A stretch of DNA of 64,000 nucleotides from Sedimentisphaerales bacterium (lineage in GTDB: Bacteria; Planctomycetota; Phycisphaerae; Sedimentisphaerales; SM23-30): NCBI GenBank assembly GCA_963666285.1, contig OY762711.1; one strand, written 5' to 3'. A program made the position numbers and the translations under genes. Below, one piece after another: positions 46,381-55,619 of the stretch. The notes beneath the pieces were generated by a model, which saw nothing but the letters and a program-made list of their open reading frames with translations, was not told the DNA's origin and searched no databases. Within the stretch, counting starts at the first letter, position 1. The number at the start of each line of letters is the position of its first letter.

Positions 46381-48336
46381 CTAGAAGAATGTCAGGCGGA
46401 AGAAGCGGATCACTTTACGTGCCACGACAAACCCAAGCGGCTTTTTAACTGTTCTGATCTTGGCGGAGCCTTCCATGCCGTCACGCAAGCCGTGCTGGAT
46501 TTTTTCAAGGGCATCCGGTTCGATATCAATACGAACATCAAAAACGTTTCCATTCTGAGTGATACGAGCAGCATGAGCTATCTGATCGGGACGGTCAATA
46601 GTGGCAGCCAGCTTAACCTGTGGGAACGCCTCAAGAACATAGTCAATCACAACCGGCAGAACCTGGTCCGATGCCTGCCCCTCACCACCGGCAGCAGCCA
46701 GTCGAACCCATTCGATGTCTGCCTGAGGAACTTCTATAACAAGCTGCCAGCTATTTAAATCTGCCAGTTCACAGATAAGATCACCTCGTTTAACGGTAAG
46801 CCCAACCCTGCGGTCCATCTGCGGGGTCAGAATATGCCCGGTAATCGGAGAAATAACTTTACATCGTTTAATAAGATCTTTTTTAAGTTCTATCTCATTA
46901 TTTATCCTGTGTATCTCAAGTTCACTGGTATTTTTTTCAACGGGAGTCAAATTTCCACGATTAAAATTCAGTTTCTCCTGCTCGAGTTTAATTTTCAAGG
47001 TAGCAAGTTCATTTTTCAGATCAAAATCGTCAAGTTGGGCAATTAATTCACCTTCATTAACCCGTCCTTCAGTTTTATAAATTTCTTTGATCTGAATCTG
47101 CTCCAGCTGCGATTCAACAGAGCGCATAACCTGAGGAGTAAGGCTGCAATCTCCCTTAATAGTAATCGTCCACGGCATAAACATACAAAGAACAATAATA
47201 ACGATTACAAGCAGAGTACGGAAAACAAATTTCCGTTTACGCTTAGGATCATCTTTGATCTTTTTCAACCTGGCAAGCGGCCTGACCACAGGAACAGAAG
47301 CCATCTCTAAAGCATTGTGAATTGCAATTGCGCCATGATTAGCAACCGAAGTAACCATTCCCTCCAGATTACCAGATGCTTCTGCGAAACCTTCGGCAAC
47401 AACAACGCCATAATAATTATCATCGAAGTGAATTGGATAAATATATATCTGGTTGAGCTGGCTTACATTAAAGTAATTCTTCAGCATCCCGGTAAGCTCA
47501 TCCTCTTCCGGAAGCTCGACCAGATTGTCGCGACCGGCAATAATGGGCTTTTTCTCACGCAATGCGTAACGGCCAAGTTTTTCAACGGCCTGCATAAGCA
47601 CAGCCCTTTTATCGGGCTTATCAACACCGCTAACAGCCTGCATATTACGTTTAACACGAGGATCTATCCAGATAATCACTCTTTCACACGCAATCACCTC
47701 ACGACCGAAATTTGCCATCTGGTAGCATACTTTTTCCAAGTCAAGCGAATCATGCACTTTTTCGCTATAATTCAACAACCTTGAAAGACTCTTGCGATCA
47801 TCGTCAAGAACAACAGCGCGGCGATGGGCAAGATATGTCTCTGCAGTTTCACCTGCCTGATCCAGAATGGCGACAATTGGCCGAAACTGAGACTGATCCA
47901 GCTGAGGGTCACAGACAAGATGAAGCAGCATAGCAACCTGTCCGCCGGCACGCAAAGGTTTGAACATAAGGCAATGACCACAAACATTGGTCAGCCCGGC
48001 AGCTTCAGAGTCTTCCGCTTTAGGGGGAACAACCATTGTCTTACCTTCTTCAACCGTCTTTTGAATTGCCTGGTTAAGGAGATCCTGCTGAGACGGAATG
48101 TCAAGTTTACACAGTTCGACATTGAGATGGCAATAGCATTGAGGTCCTTTTTCAGGCTGAAGTACCCAGATAGCTCCCCCTCTGCTGCCGGAAGCAGAAA
48201 TAGCAAGCTGCAGGAAATTGGCAAAAAACTGCGGAGGTTCCGGATTAGAACTGGCAAGTTTGGCTATTTTTGATAACAAATCTGCAACCTGGCGGGTATC
48301 TGGTAATGCGGTCACTACTAAGTCCTTTATCTGCAA
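46381..48336 (-). CDS. GAF-domain HlyD/membrane-fusion family protein
   Basis: Two GAF-like N-terminal regions, a TM helix, and lipoyl-like motifs EGRVNEGELIAQLD and SPITG...VKRGDLICEL. Confidence 0.8.
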   Translation of the reverse strand: MQIKDLVVTALPDTRQVADLLSKIAKLASSNPEPPQFFANFLQLAISASGSRGGAIWVLQPEKGPQCYCHLNVELCKLDIPSQQDLLNQAIQKTVEEGKTMVVPPKAEDSEAAGLTNVCGHCLMFKPLRAGGQVAMLLHLVCDPQLDQSQFRPIVAILDQAGETAETYLAHRRAVVLDDDRKSLSRLLNYSEKVHDSLDLEKVCYQMANFGREVIACERVIIWIDPRVKRNMQAVSGVDKPDKRAVLMQAVEKLGRYALREKKPIIAGRDNLVELPEEDELTGMLKNYFNVSQLNQIYIYPIHFDDNYYGVVVAEGFAEASGNLEGMVTSVANHGAIAIHNALEMASVPVVRPLARLKKIKDDPKRKRKFVFRTLLVIVIIVLCMFMPWTITIKGDCSLTPQVMRSVESQLEQIQIKEIYKTEGRVNEGELIAQLDDFDLKNELATLKIKLEQEKLNFNRGNLTPVEKNTSELEIHRINNEIELKKDLIKRCKVISPITGHILTPQMDRRVGLTVKRGDLICELADLNSWQLVIEVPQADIEWVRLAAAGGEGQASDQVLPVVIDYVLEAFPQVKLAATIDRPDQIAHAARITQNGNVFDVRIDIEPDALEKIQHGLRDGMEGSAKIRTVKKPLGFVVARKVIRFFRLTFF

Positions 48337-48709
48337 TGGTTTGTACTAACAACAACAGGTATCGGCTATATGCGGATACCTGCAGTATTTATACCAATCA
48401 ATAATAATATCGGTTATGTAGAACTATATTATAAACGCAATGCCGGAAAAATACACCCTAAAAACACAGCGGATAAATCATTTAGGTTAAACTATCATAC
48501 TATTTTCAAATTCATAACTGTGCAGTATCAAATAAAGCCACCCAGCTATATAACCGATTGAAAATAAACAGATTTTATTATAGATGTGCAAAGCAGCAGA
48601 CAAGCTTCATAGTCCAATAATACCCTGAAGTCTAATGCTGAATTAAGATTTTGCGTTATGTCGAGATTGGCAAAAATATATGCACAAACATAATAGAATG
48701 GGGGCAAAT

Positions 48710-49873
48710 ATGGATAATTCTATAATTAATCTCAGGAAATTCCTGGCACCAGAAATTATTTTCGGTACCGGAGCCCGGAAAATGGTCGGCCAATACTGCA
48801 ATAATTTCATGTTAGAAAAGGTCATAATAGTAACCGACCAGGGACTAATAGACCATGGATGGGTAAAACAGGTCGAAGACAGCCTGGCAGAATCCGGAGT
48901 TGAATATGTTATATTTTCCGAAGTAACCCCGAATCCAAGAGCCGAGGAAGTAATGAAAGGGGCTGAAGTCTTTCGTACGGAAAACTGTTCAGGTATTGTC
49001 TCTATCGGAGGTGGAAGTCCGATGGACTGTGCCAAGGGAATAGGGATTATTATCTCAAACCACGGTCATATCCTGGACTATGAGGGGATCGACCAGATAC
49101 CGGCACCACTGCCGCCTATGATTTTTATACCATCTACAGCGGGTACATCAGCAGATGTATCTCAGTTCAGTATTATCGCAAATACTCAAGAGCAGGTAAA
49201 AATTGCGATCGTAAGCAAAAGTATTATCCCTGATGTATCACTAATAGACCCTGAAATTACTACAACAATGGATGATTATCTGACTGCATGTACCGGTATG
49301 GACGCATTAGTCCATGCGATAGAAGCCTATGTATCAACTGCCAGTTCAAAAATGACAGACCTCCATGCCCTGCATGCAATTACTCTGCTTAAAGATAATC
49401 TACCAATGATAATATCAGACTCAGACAACATTTTACTCCGTGAAAATATCATGCTGGCCAGCATGCACGCAGGCCTGGCATTTTCTAATGCCGTATTAGG
49501 GGCAGTTCATGCGATGTCACACAGCCTGGGCGGTTACCTGGATCTCCCGCATGGTGAATGCAATTCATTACTACTGGAACATGTAATAAACTACAATTTC
49601 GATGCAGCACCGGAAAGATTCAGAATAATTGCAGAAACATTTGGAATTGATACAAGAGGTATATTGAATCCTGACTTAAAAAACAGGCTCTTCGACTATA
49701 TCCGTAATTTAAGAAACAGGTTGGGAATATCAAAGAGATTGGAACTTGTGGGCGTAAACAATAGTGACATTCCAATACTCGCTGAAAAAGCCATAAAAGA
49801 TGCCTGTATTTTCACAAATCCCAAAAAAGCCAGCAAACGAGACATTGAAGTAATATATGAAGAAGCCAGATAA
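48710..49873 (+). CDS. Iron-containing alcohol dehydrogenase, ErcA-like
   Basis: LRKFLAPEIIFG, GGGSPMDCAKG, DALVHAIE, HAMSHSLGG...PHGECN; overlaps the downstream kinase gene. Confidence 0.9.
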   Translation: MDNSIINLRKFLAPEIIFGTGARKMVGQYCNNFMLEKVIIVTDQGLIDHGWVKQVEDSLAESGVEYVIFSEVTPNPRAEEVMKGAEVFRTENCSGIVSIGGGSPMDCAKGIGIIISNHGHILDYEGIDQIPAPLPPMIFIPSTAGTSADVSQFSIIANTQEQVKIAIVSKSIIPDVSLIDPEITTTMDDYLTACTGMDALVHAIEAYVSTASSKMTDLHALHAITLLKDNLPMIISDSDNILLRENIMLASMHAGLAFSNAVLGAVHAMSHSLGGYLDLPHGECNSLLLEHVINYNFDAAPERFRIIAETFGIDTRGILNPDLKNRLFDYIRNLRNRLGISKRLELVGVNNSDIPILAEKAIKDACIFTNPKKASKRDIEVIYEEAR

Positions 49874-52451
49874 TGAAAATTTGAATAACGACAATAATGA
49901 TGTTATCAAGCAATTGATCGGCATGGGGCAGCACTCTGCGCGTAAAAGCTATTACCCAATGCTGCAAGAGAAAATTGTCGAACTAAACAAAGAGAAAGTC
50001 AAATATAAAACCATGTTCGACTGTATGGCTGACGCTATTCTTTTAGTCAGAGATAACGGCATAATCAAAGATGTAAACCTGGAAGCATGTTCTAGATATA
50101 AATACAGCAGATCAGAAATGATTGAAATGCCTATATCGAGACTTGACCCACTGCACAATGATACAGAAGTAATCGAAACAATAAAAAAAATCAAAGAAGA
50201 AAATCCACTTAGATTTGAAACTGTTCATGCGACCAAAGACAATATAAATATTGATACAGAAATCATAGCAAATATGGTGGAATATGAAAACGAGCAGGTA
50301 ATTCTATGTGTATGCAGAAATATCAGTGAGTTAAAGCAAACAGAAATCGAGCTGGCAAGCAGTCAAAATCAACTCCAGAGTATTTTTACCGCAGCACCAT
50401 GCGGTATCGGTGTAATACGCAACCAGCTTCTTACATATATGAATAATTATTTCTGCGAAATGACCGGATACAGCGACGACGAGCTGCTGGGGCAAAATTC
50501 TCAAATTTTATATTTAACAGATGTTGAATTCAGACGAGTGGAAAATGACATATCCAGACAAATATCTGAACAAGGAGTTGGAACGGTAGAGACTCAGTTT
50601 AAGTGCAAAGATAATCGCATTCTTGACATAAAACTAAGTTCATCGCCATTAGACATGTCAGACTGGTCCAAAGGTTTAACCTTTACAGTTATTGACATAA
50701 CAAATGAAAAAGCCACAGAAAAAGCCTTGGAAAAACGAATAATAGCTCTTACAAATCCATTGGAAAATGCCGATGTTTCCTTCGAAGAATTATTTAACCT
50801 GGAAGATATCCAAAACATTCAAGACCTGTTTTCTGCAGCAACCGGAGTAGGTTCTATCATAACCAAACCTGATGGAACATATATTACATCACCAAGCTGT
50901 TTTTGCAGTTATTGTTCTGAATTAGCCTACATCACAAAAAAAGGGCAAAGTTTTTGCAAACAATCCAGTATCAATCTTAGTAAAGTAAACACCAAAGGAC
51001 CTACAATAGAGCTTCACGGAAAATGTGGCATTCTAGGTGCAGGAGCCAGCATTACAATAGGCGGCAAACATATTGCCAACTGGCTGATCGGACATGTTCG
51101 AAGAAATGACCGAACTGATGAACAAATAAAAGAATTTATTTTAGAACTGGGTGGCGACCCCAAAATAGCATTAGAGAAATATCATCAGACTCCAACAATG
51201 GAAGAGAATCAGTTTGTGATAATTGCAAATGCATTATTCGCATTTGCCAACCAGTTATCAAATACGGCATACCAGAATGTTCAGCAAGCAAGCCTCATAA
51301 ATAAAAGCAGAAGAGCAGAAGAAGTCGTAAAGAATTATAACAAAATACTAAGAAGTGAAGTCGAAAAGAGAACAGCAGAATTAGAAAATAAAAACAATCT
51401 CCTTCACAAAGAAATTGAGGAAAGGAACCGAACAGAAAAGGAGCTCCAAACAACACAGACCCAACTAATCCAATCAGAGAAAATGGCATCAATCGGCCAG
51501 CTGGCTTCAAATATTGCTCATGAAATTAACACTCCTCTCGGTGCAATTGGATCTTCAAATACAATTATTAAACAATTTTTTAATGATATTATTGAATTAC
51601 TTGAAGATTACGCCAAAATGTTTCAGAGTGAAAACAAGGATCTCATTAAAAAAGTTGTTAAATACAGTTCTATTCAAAATGCCCCGACTTTATCGACTCG
51701 TGAAATTCGTCAAATGCGAAGTGACCTTACCAAATTACTTGAAGGGCAAGTGTCATGCAGTCCAACGCTCCTGGCAGGATTCCTAGTTAACAGCGGTATG
51801 TCTGACATCTATAAAGAATTTATCCCATTGTTCAAAAGCTCAGATAGTGAGCGTATACTTGATATGCTGGAAAAGATAACTGCAATATACCAGGGAAATG
51901 TAATTATCGAACAGGCAATCCAGCAATCGTCCAGAATAGTCTTTGCCTTAAAAGAATATGCCCGTGCAGGTGACACTAAGAATAAAATCCTGGCAAGTGT
52001 TAGAAAGAGCCTGGAAACAGCAATAACTCTTTATGCCAATAAGCTCAAACACGGCCTGGAACTGGAACTGGAACTGGAAGATGTGCCAGAGATATTCTGT
52101 TATCCAAGTGAACTTAACCAGGTATGGACAAATCTAATCCATAATGCCGTCCAGGCAATGGAAGAACAAGGCAAACTGGAAATATCAATGAAAAAATCAG
52201 GCGATAATATAGAGATAAGAATAAAAGATAACGGCTGTGGAATACCAGATGATAATATCGATAAAATATTTGAACCGCTATTTACAACTAAACCATCCGG
52301 CATGGGCAGCGGTCTGGGGCTGGATATTGTCAAAAGAATAATTGACAGACACAACGGTAGTATCAGAGCTGAAAGTTCATTTGGCAAAGGGGCCATATTT
52401 ATAGTAACGCTGCCGATAATATTAAGACAGGAAATAGCTATAAATAGCTAA
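49857..52451 (+). CDS. Soluble PAS-PAS-PocR histidine kinase, ErcS-like
   Basis: N-terminal LIGMGQHSARKSYYP, two PAS domains, PocR-like segment (IQDLFSAATGV...IGGKHIANWLIGHV), H-box AHEINTPL, DNGCGI, GSGLGL; no TM segment. Confidence 0.9.
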   Translation: MKKPDNENLNNDNNDVIKQLIGMGQHSARKSYYPMLQEKIVELNKEKVKYKTMFDCMADAILLVRDNGIIKDVNLEACSRYKYSRSEMIEMPISRLDPLHNDTEVIETIKKIKEENPLRFETVHATKDNINIDTEIIANMVEYENEQVILCVCRNISELKQTEIELASSQNQLQSIFTAAPCGIGVIRNQLLTYMNNYFCEMTGYSDDELLGQNSQILYLTDVEFRRVENDISRQISEQGVGTVETQFKCKDNRILDIKLSSSPLDMSDWSKGLTFTVIDITNEKATEKALEKRIIALTNPLENADVSFEELFNLEDIQNIQDLFSAATGVGSIITKPDGTYITSPSCFCSYCSELAYITKKGQSFCKQSSINLSKVNTKGPTIELHGKCGILGAGASITIGGKHIANWLIGHVRRNDRTDEQIKEFILELGGDPKIALEKYHQTPTMEENQFVIIANALFAFANQLSNTAYQNVQQASLINKSRRAEEVVKNYNKILRSEVEKRTAELENKNNLLHKEIEERNRTEKELQTTQTQLIQSEKMASIGQLASNIAHEINTPLGAIGSSNTIIKQFFNDIIELLEDYAKMFQSENKDLIKKVVKYSSIQNAPTLSTREIRQMRSDLTKLLEGQVSCSPTLLAGFLVNSGMSDIYKEFIPLFKSSDSERILDMLEKITAIYQGNVIIEQAIQQSSRIVFALKEYARAGDTKNKILASVRKSLETAITLYANKLKHGLELELELEDVPEIFCYPSELNQVWTNLIHNAVQAMEEQGKLEISMKKSGDNIEIRIKDNGCGIPDDNIDKIFEPLFTTKPSGMGSGLGLDIVKRIIDRHNGSIRAESSFGKGAIFIVTLPIILRQEIAINS

Positions 52452-52775
52452 TTTACAATTTTTATCTATGTAATATCCCATGCTGATGATTTGAGATATG
52501 CCCCCCGGAAATAAGGTCCTATAAACAAAATCAGAATGGTAGTACTATAAAGCTTTAGGATTTTTACAGCTTAATGTCAAAAACATCCACAATAATGTTA
52601 TGTACAGTGTTTTTTTCTAAAATCAATGTTTCAAATTGCCGAATAATGTACCTAGACTTATTAATAAAAGAATCAGTCGAAAGCCCAAGAGAAGAACATA
52701 CAAATCTGCTTTAAATTATCAGAATAATAAGCAACGATTTGAGCCTAAAATAAGCAGATAAGGAAACAATGATAA

Positions 52776-53027
52776 ATGAAGACATGTGAGAAATTAGAGA
52801 AATGTCCATTTTTTAATGACATCATGAGTAATATGCCGGCTGAAAGTGAACAAATCAAAATGCAATATTGTTTGGATAATTTTGAATCTTGTGCCCGAAA
52901 GCTAATTGCCGATAAATTCGGGGAAGAACAGGTTCCATATGACATGTTCCCTAACGAAAATTATCGTGCAGTAGAGCTTATCAGCTATATGTCTAACCAG
53001 ATAGAAAATAAGGTTAACGAGAACTAA
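52776..53027 (+). CDS. Small Cys-rich hypothetical protein
   Basis: CEKLEKCPFF...YCLDNFESCAR...VPYDMFPN; AAGGA RBS. Confidence 0.7.
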   Translation: MKTCEKLEKCPFFNDIMSNMPAESEQIKMQYCLDNFESCARKLIADKFGEEQVPYDMFPNENYRAVELISYMSNQIENKVNEN

Positions 53028-53068
53028 CTTTAAGAATTATCAAAACCTGGAATTTAATATACCAGAGA

Positions 53069-53596
53069 TTATTTAAAGAGAATCTTTTTCTCAGCCTCTT
53101 TCAATTCATCATATAATTCCAGCAAGCTTTGGCTAATAGTACGGGTATCCCCTACCGTTGACATAAAATTGGTATCACCATCCCAGCGTGGAACAATATG
53201 CTGGTGAAGATGGCCCGGCAGCCCGGCACCGGCACAACGCCCCAGATTGATTCCAATATTAAATCCATGAGGAGTTATTACTTCTTTTAGAACTAACTGA
53301 TAATACCTGGTTAGTTTGACAACCTCCAGCATCACATGGTCAGCTATATCCTGCAATTCACCGATATGATCTTTTGGTGCGATCAAAAGATGTCCGGCAC
53401 TATAAGGATAACCATTCATCACAACCATCGCATATTCGCCACGGTGCAGCAGAAGGTTTTTCCGGTCATTTTCCGGTTGATCATTCAAATAATCGCAAAG
53501 AAAACACTGCTCACCATCATGACCAGAGCGAACATCTTCTTCCAATCCTTTTAAATATGAAATGCGCCATGGAGCCCATATATTATTACTCATCAT
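53069..53596 (-). CDS. HIT-family hydrolase (Ap4A phosphorylase/FHIT-like)
   Basis: WAPWR, CFLC, YPYSAGHLL, GAGLPGHLHQHIVPRWDGDTNF. Confidence 0.93.
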   Translation of the reverse strand: MMSNNIWAPWRISYLKGLEEDVRSGHDGEQCFLCDYLNDQPENDRKNLLLHRGEYAMVVMNGYPYSAGHLLIAPKDHIGELQDIADHVMLEVVKLTRYYQLVLKEVITPHGFNIGINLGRCAGAGLPGHLHQHIVPRWDGDTNFMSTVGDTRTISQSLLELYDELKEAEKKILFK

Positions 53597-53602
53597 AAAT
53601 AC

Positions 53603-54691
53603 CTATTCGATAGTGTCAGAAGCTGTTTGAGAACCAAATTTTTTCCAGGCAGTAATAACCGTACTCCGAACAAATTCGTCAGAATCTCCAATAACAGCTC
53701 GATCAAGCAACTTTTCACTAAGTTTGGCCGAATACTCCAGCCACCTAAGTTCGTAAATTTCTTCACGAACCAAATCCTGAACCTCCGCAAGCAGCTTGTA
53801 CTGCGGAAGTGTATAACTTACTAACTTTCCTATATAATAATATCCGTCAGATTCTACAATGTCAGTTAATTGACCTGGTTGCAGCTTGATAAGTTTATTA
53901 GCAACTGGTTTTAATTCTTTTTTTATAGAATCCGGTCCTTCAACGGGATCCCAAAGACCTCCATATTTCGCACGCCAATCCTTAGATTCAATTTTAGCAA
54001 GTTCAGCAAAATCTTTCCCGGCTTTGAGTTTTGCCAGTAATCCCTGAGCTTTTTCAGCAGACTCTACCTTAATAAGCCGAAACTCCAAAGATTCTTTAAC
54101 GCTGACATATTTATCAAGATTATTGTTATAATAATCCTGTATTTCGAGACGGGTAATAGTATTATCCTTGGAAATAATAGTATCTTTGAAACTGGAAATA
54201 ACCACTTCCCGCTGAAATTTATCCAGCATCTCCTCCATTGAAGTTCCCATCTCTTCAAGTTTAAGATTTGCAATCGCCTGGTTGCCCGCATAATTACGAA
54301 CAATATCTTTACGACGCCGTTCCCGCATTTCCTTTATCATTTGGCCGCTTGAATCTTTTTTTAATACATCCTCCAGAGCTTTCTGATACATTAACAATTC
54401 TCTAACTTCCATCCTTGTGTATTCAGTTATAATCGGAAGAGCAGCGTTGCAAAAAGCCATAACATCCTTGTCTGCAAATTGGATAAGTTCTTCCCTGGCT
54501 TTTTCGATTACATCATATGAAGAAACGGCATCGCCATTTACAACCAGTACACTACCATATCCAACAAGATCATCAAAATTTATAGATTCATTCTGTTTTT
54601 CCGGAACCGGTCCTATCATCTGCTGGGAAAACGATGCATCAATGAACAAGGATAAGGTCAATAAAACAATAATATATTTAAAATATGCCAT
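53603..54691 (-). CDS. SurA/PrsA-like parvulin peptidyl-prolyl isomerase
   Basis: Signal peptide, VVNGDAV, DFAELAKIESKD, GGLW, VESDGYYYI. Confidence 0.8.
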   Translation of the reverse strand: MAYFKYIIVLLTLSLFIDASFSQQMIGPVPEKQNESINFDDLVGYGSVLVVNGDAVSSYDVIEKAREELIQFADKDVMAFCNAALPIITEYTRMEVRELLMYQKALEDVLKKDSSGQMIKEMRERRRKDIVRNYAGNQAIANLKLEEMGTSMEEMLDKFQREVVISSFKDTIISKDNTITRLEIQDYYNNNLDKYVSVKESLEFRLIKVESAEKAQGLLAKLKAGKDFAELAKIESKDWRAKYGGLWDPVEGPDSIKKELKPVANKLIKLQPGQLTDIVESDGYYYIGKLVSYTLPQYKLLAEVQDLVREEIYELRWLEYSAKLSEKLLDRAVIGDSDEFVRSTVITAWKKFGSQTASDTIE

Positions 54692-54983
54692 TTATCATTC
54701 CTTAAATTACTTATAGCATCAAACAAAATACAAATAAAACATAACGCATTGCTATTATTAAACTAAGCGTATCAATGTTTGGCTAATAATCATACACTAT
54801 ACGGTCCTATAAATCAACATATCGGTAAGAATAGTAAAATAAGAGTAAAAAAAGGAAATATTTGACACACAACAGCTTCAATATCCGCAAATATCAAATG
54901 CATATTGCCATTTTCCTTATATTCTTGTCAACAAGGAATTTACAGACATAAACACTTGGTTTTCCGGGAGTTATAACTGCTGA

Positions 54984-55616
54984 TTATGCTTTAGCTGCTA
55001 ATGCTGTTATCCAGTTTTTCTCAGGGATTGTATCCAGCTTAACAAGCCTGAATCCTGCCGCAGAAAGAAAACCCTCGTATTCCGCAGGAGTATGAATCTG
55101 CATCCGGGCAAGACTGACACAGCGAGAATTTCTCTCTTCAAATGCCGGGTCACTATAGCATTCATTAACGAGCAGCAATCTCCCCCCGGGTTTTAGTGTC
55201 CGGTTGATTTCCTTTAAGTCGTTTACCAGATCAGGCCAGAAATAGTAGGTCTCAAAAGCTGTTGCAAGTTCAAAGGATGCATCATCAAAACATAAATCTG
55301 ATACTTCAGCCTGAACAATAGCAACTCTTCCGCCGTCTATAAGTTCGCAACATGTATTGCAGGCTAACTCAACCATATCTGGCGAATAATCAATGGCAGA
55401 AAGCACAGCATTCGGCGCAAGTTCTGCCATCAATTTAACCGTCATCCCGGAACCACAGCCTATATCTAATATTGACTTTATCCCGGTAAAGTCCAGATGA
55501 GAAAAACCCCACTGCCATAATTCTCTATGGTTTTTGTTCATATTTTCGGCAACTTGCAGCCCAAGTGAACCTGTAGGCTTACGACATTGCTTAACTAATT
55601 CATCTTTTCGGGACAT
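54984..55616 (-). CDS. Class I SAM-dependent methyltransferase
   Basis: QCRKPTG, ILDIGCGSG, IDYSPDMV, FETYYFWP, LKPGG. Confidence 0.92.
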   Translation of the reverse strand: MSRKDELVKQCRKPTGSLGLQVAENMNKNHRELWQWGFSHLDFTGIKSILDIGCGSGMTVKLMAELAPNAVLSAIDYSPDMVELACNTCCELIDGGRVAIVQAEVSDLCFDDASFELATAFETYYFWPDLVNDLKEINRTLKPGGRLLLVNECYSDPAFEERNSRCVSLARMQIHTPAEYEGFLSAAGFRLVKLDTIPEKNWITALAAKA

Positions 55617-55619
55617 AAA

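Noticed and set aside
52492..52520. TGAGATATGCCCCCCGGAAATAAGGTCC, resembling an IS3-family end
   Set aside because: No partner IR or transposase remnant was found, so it cannot be supported without a database search.
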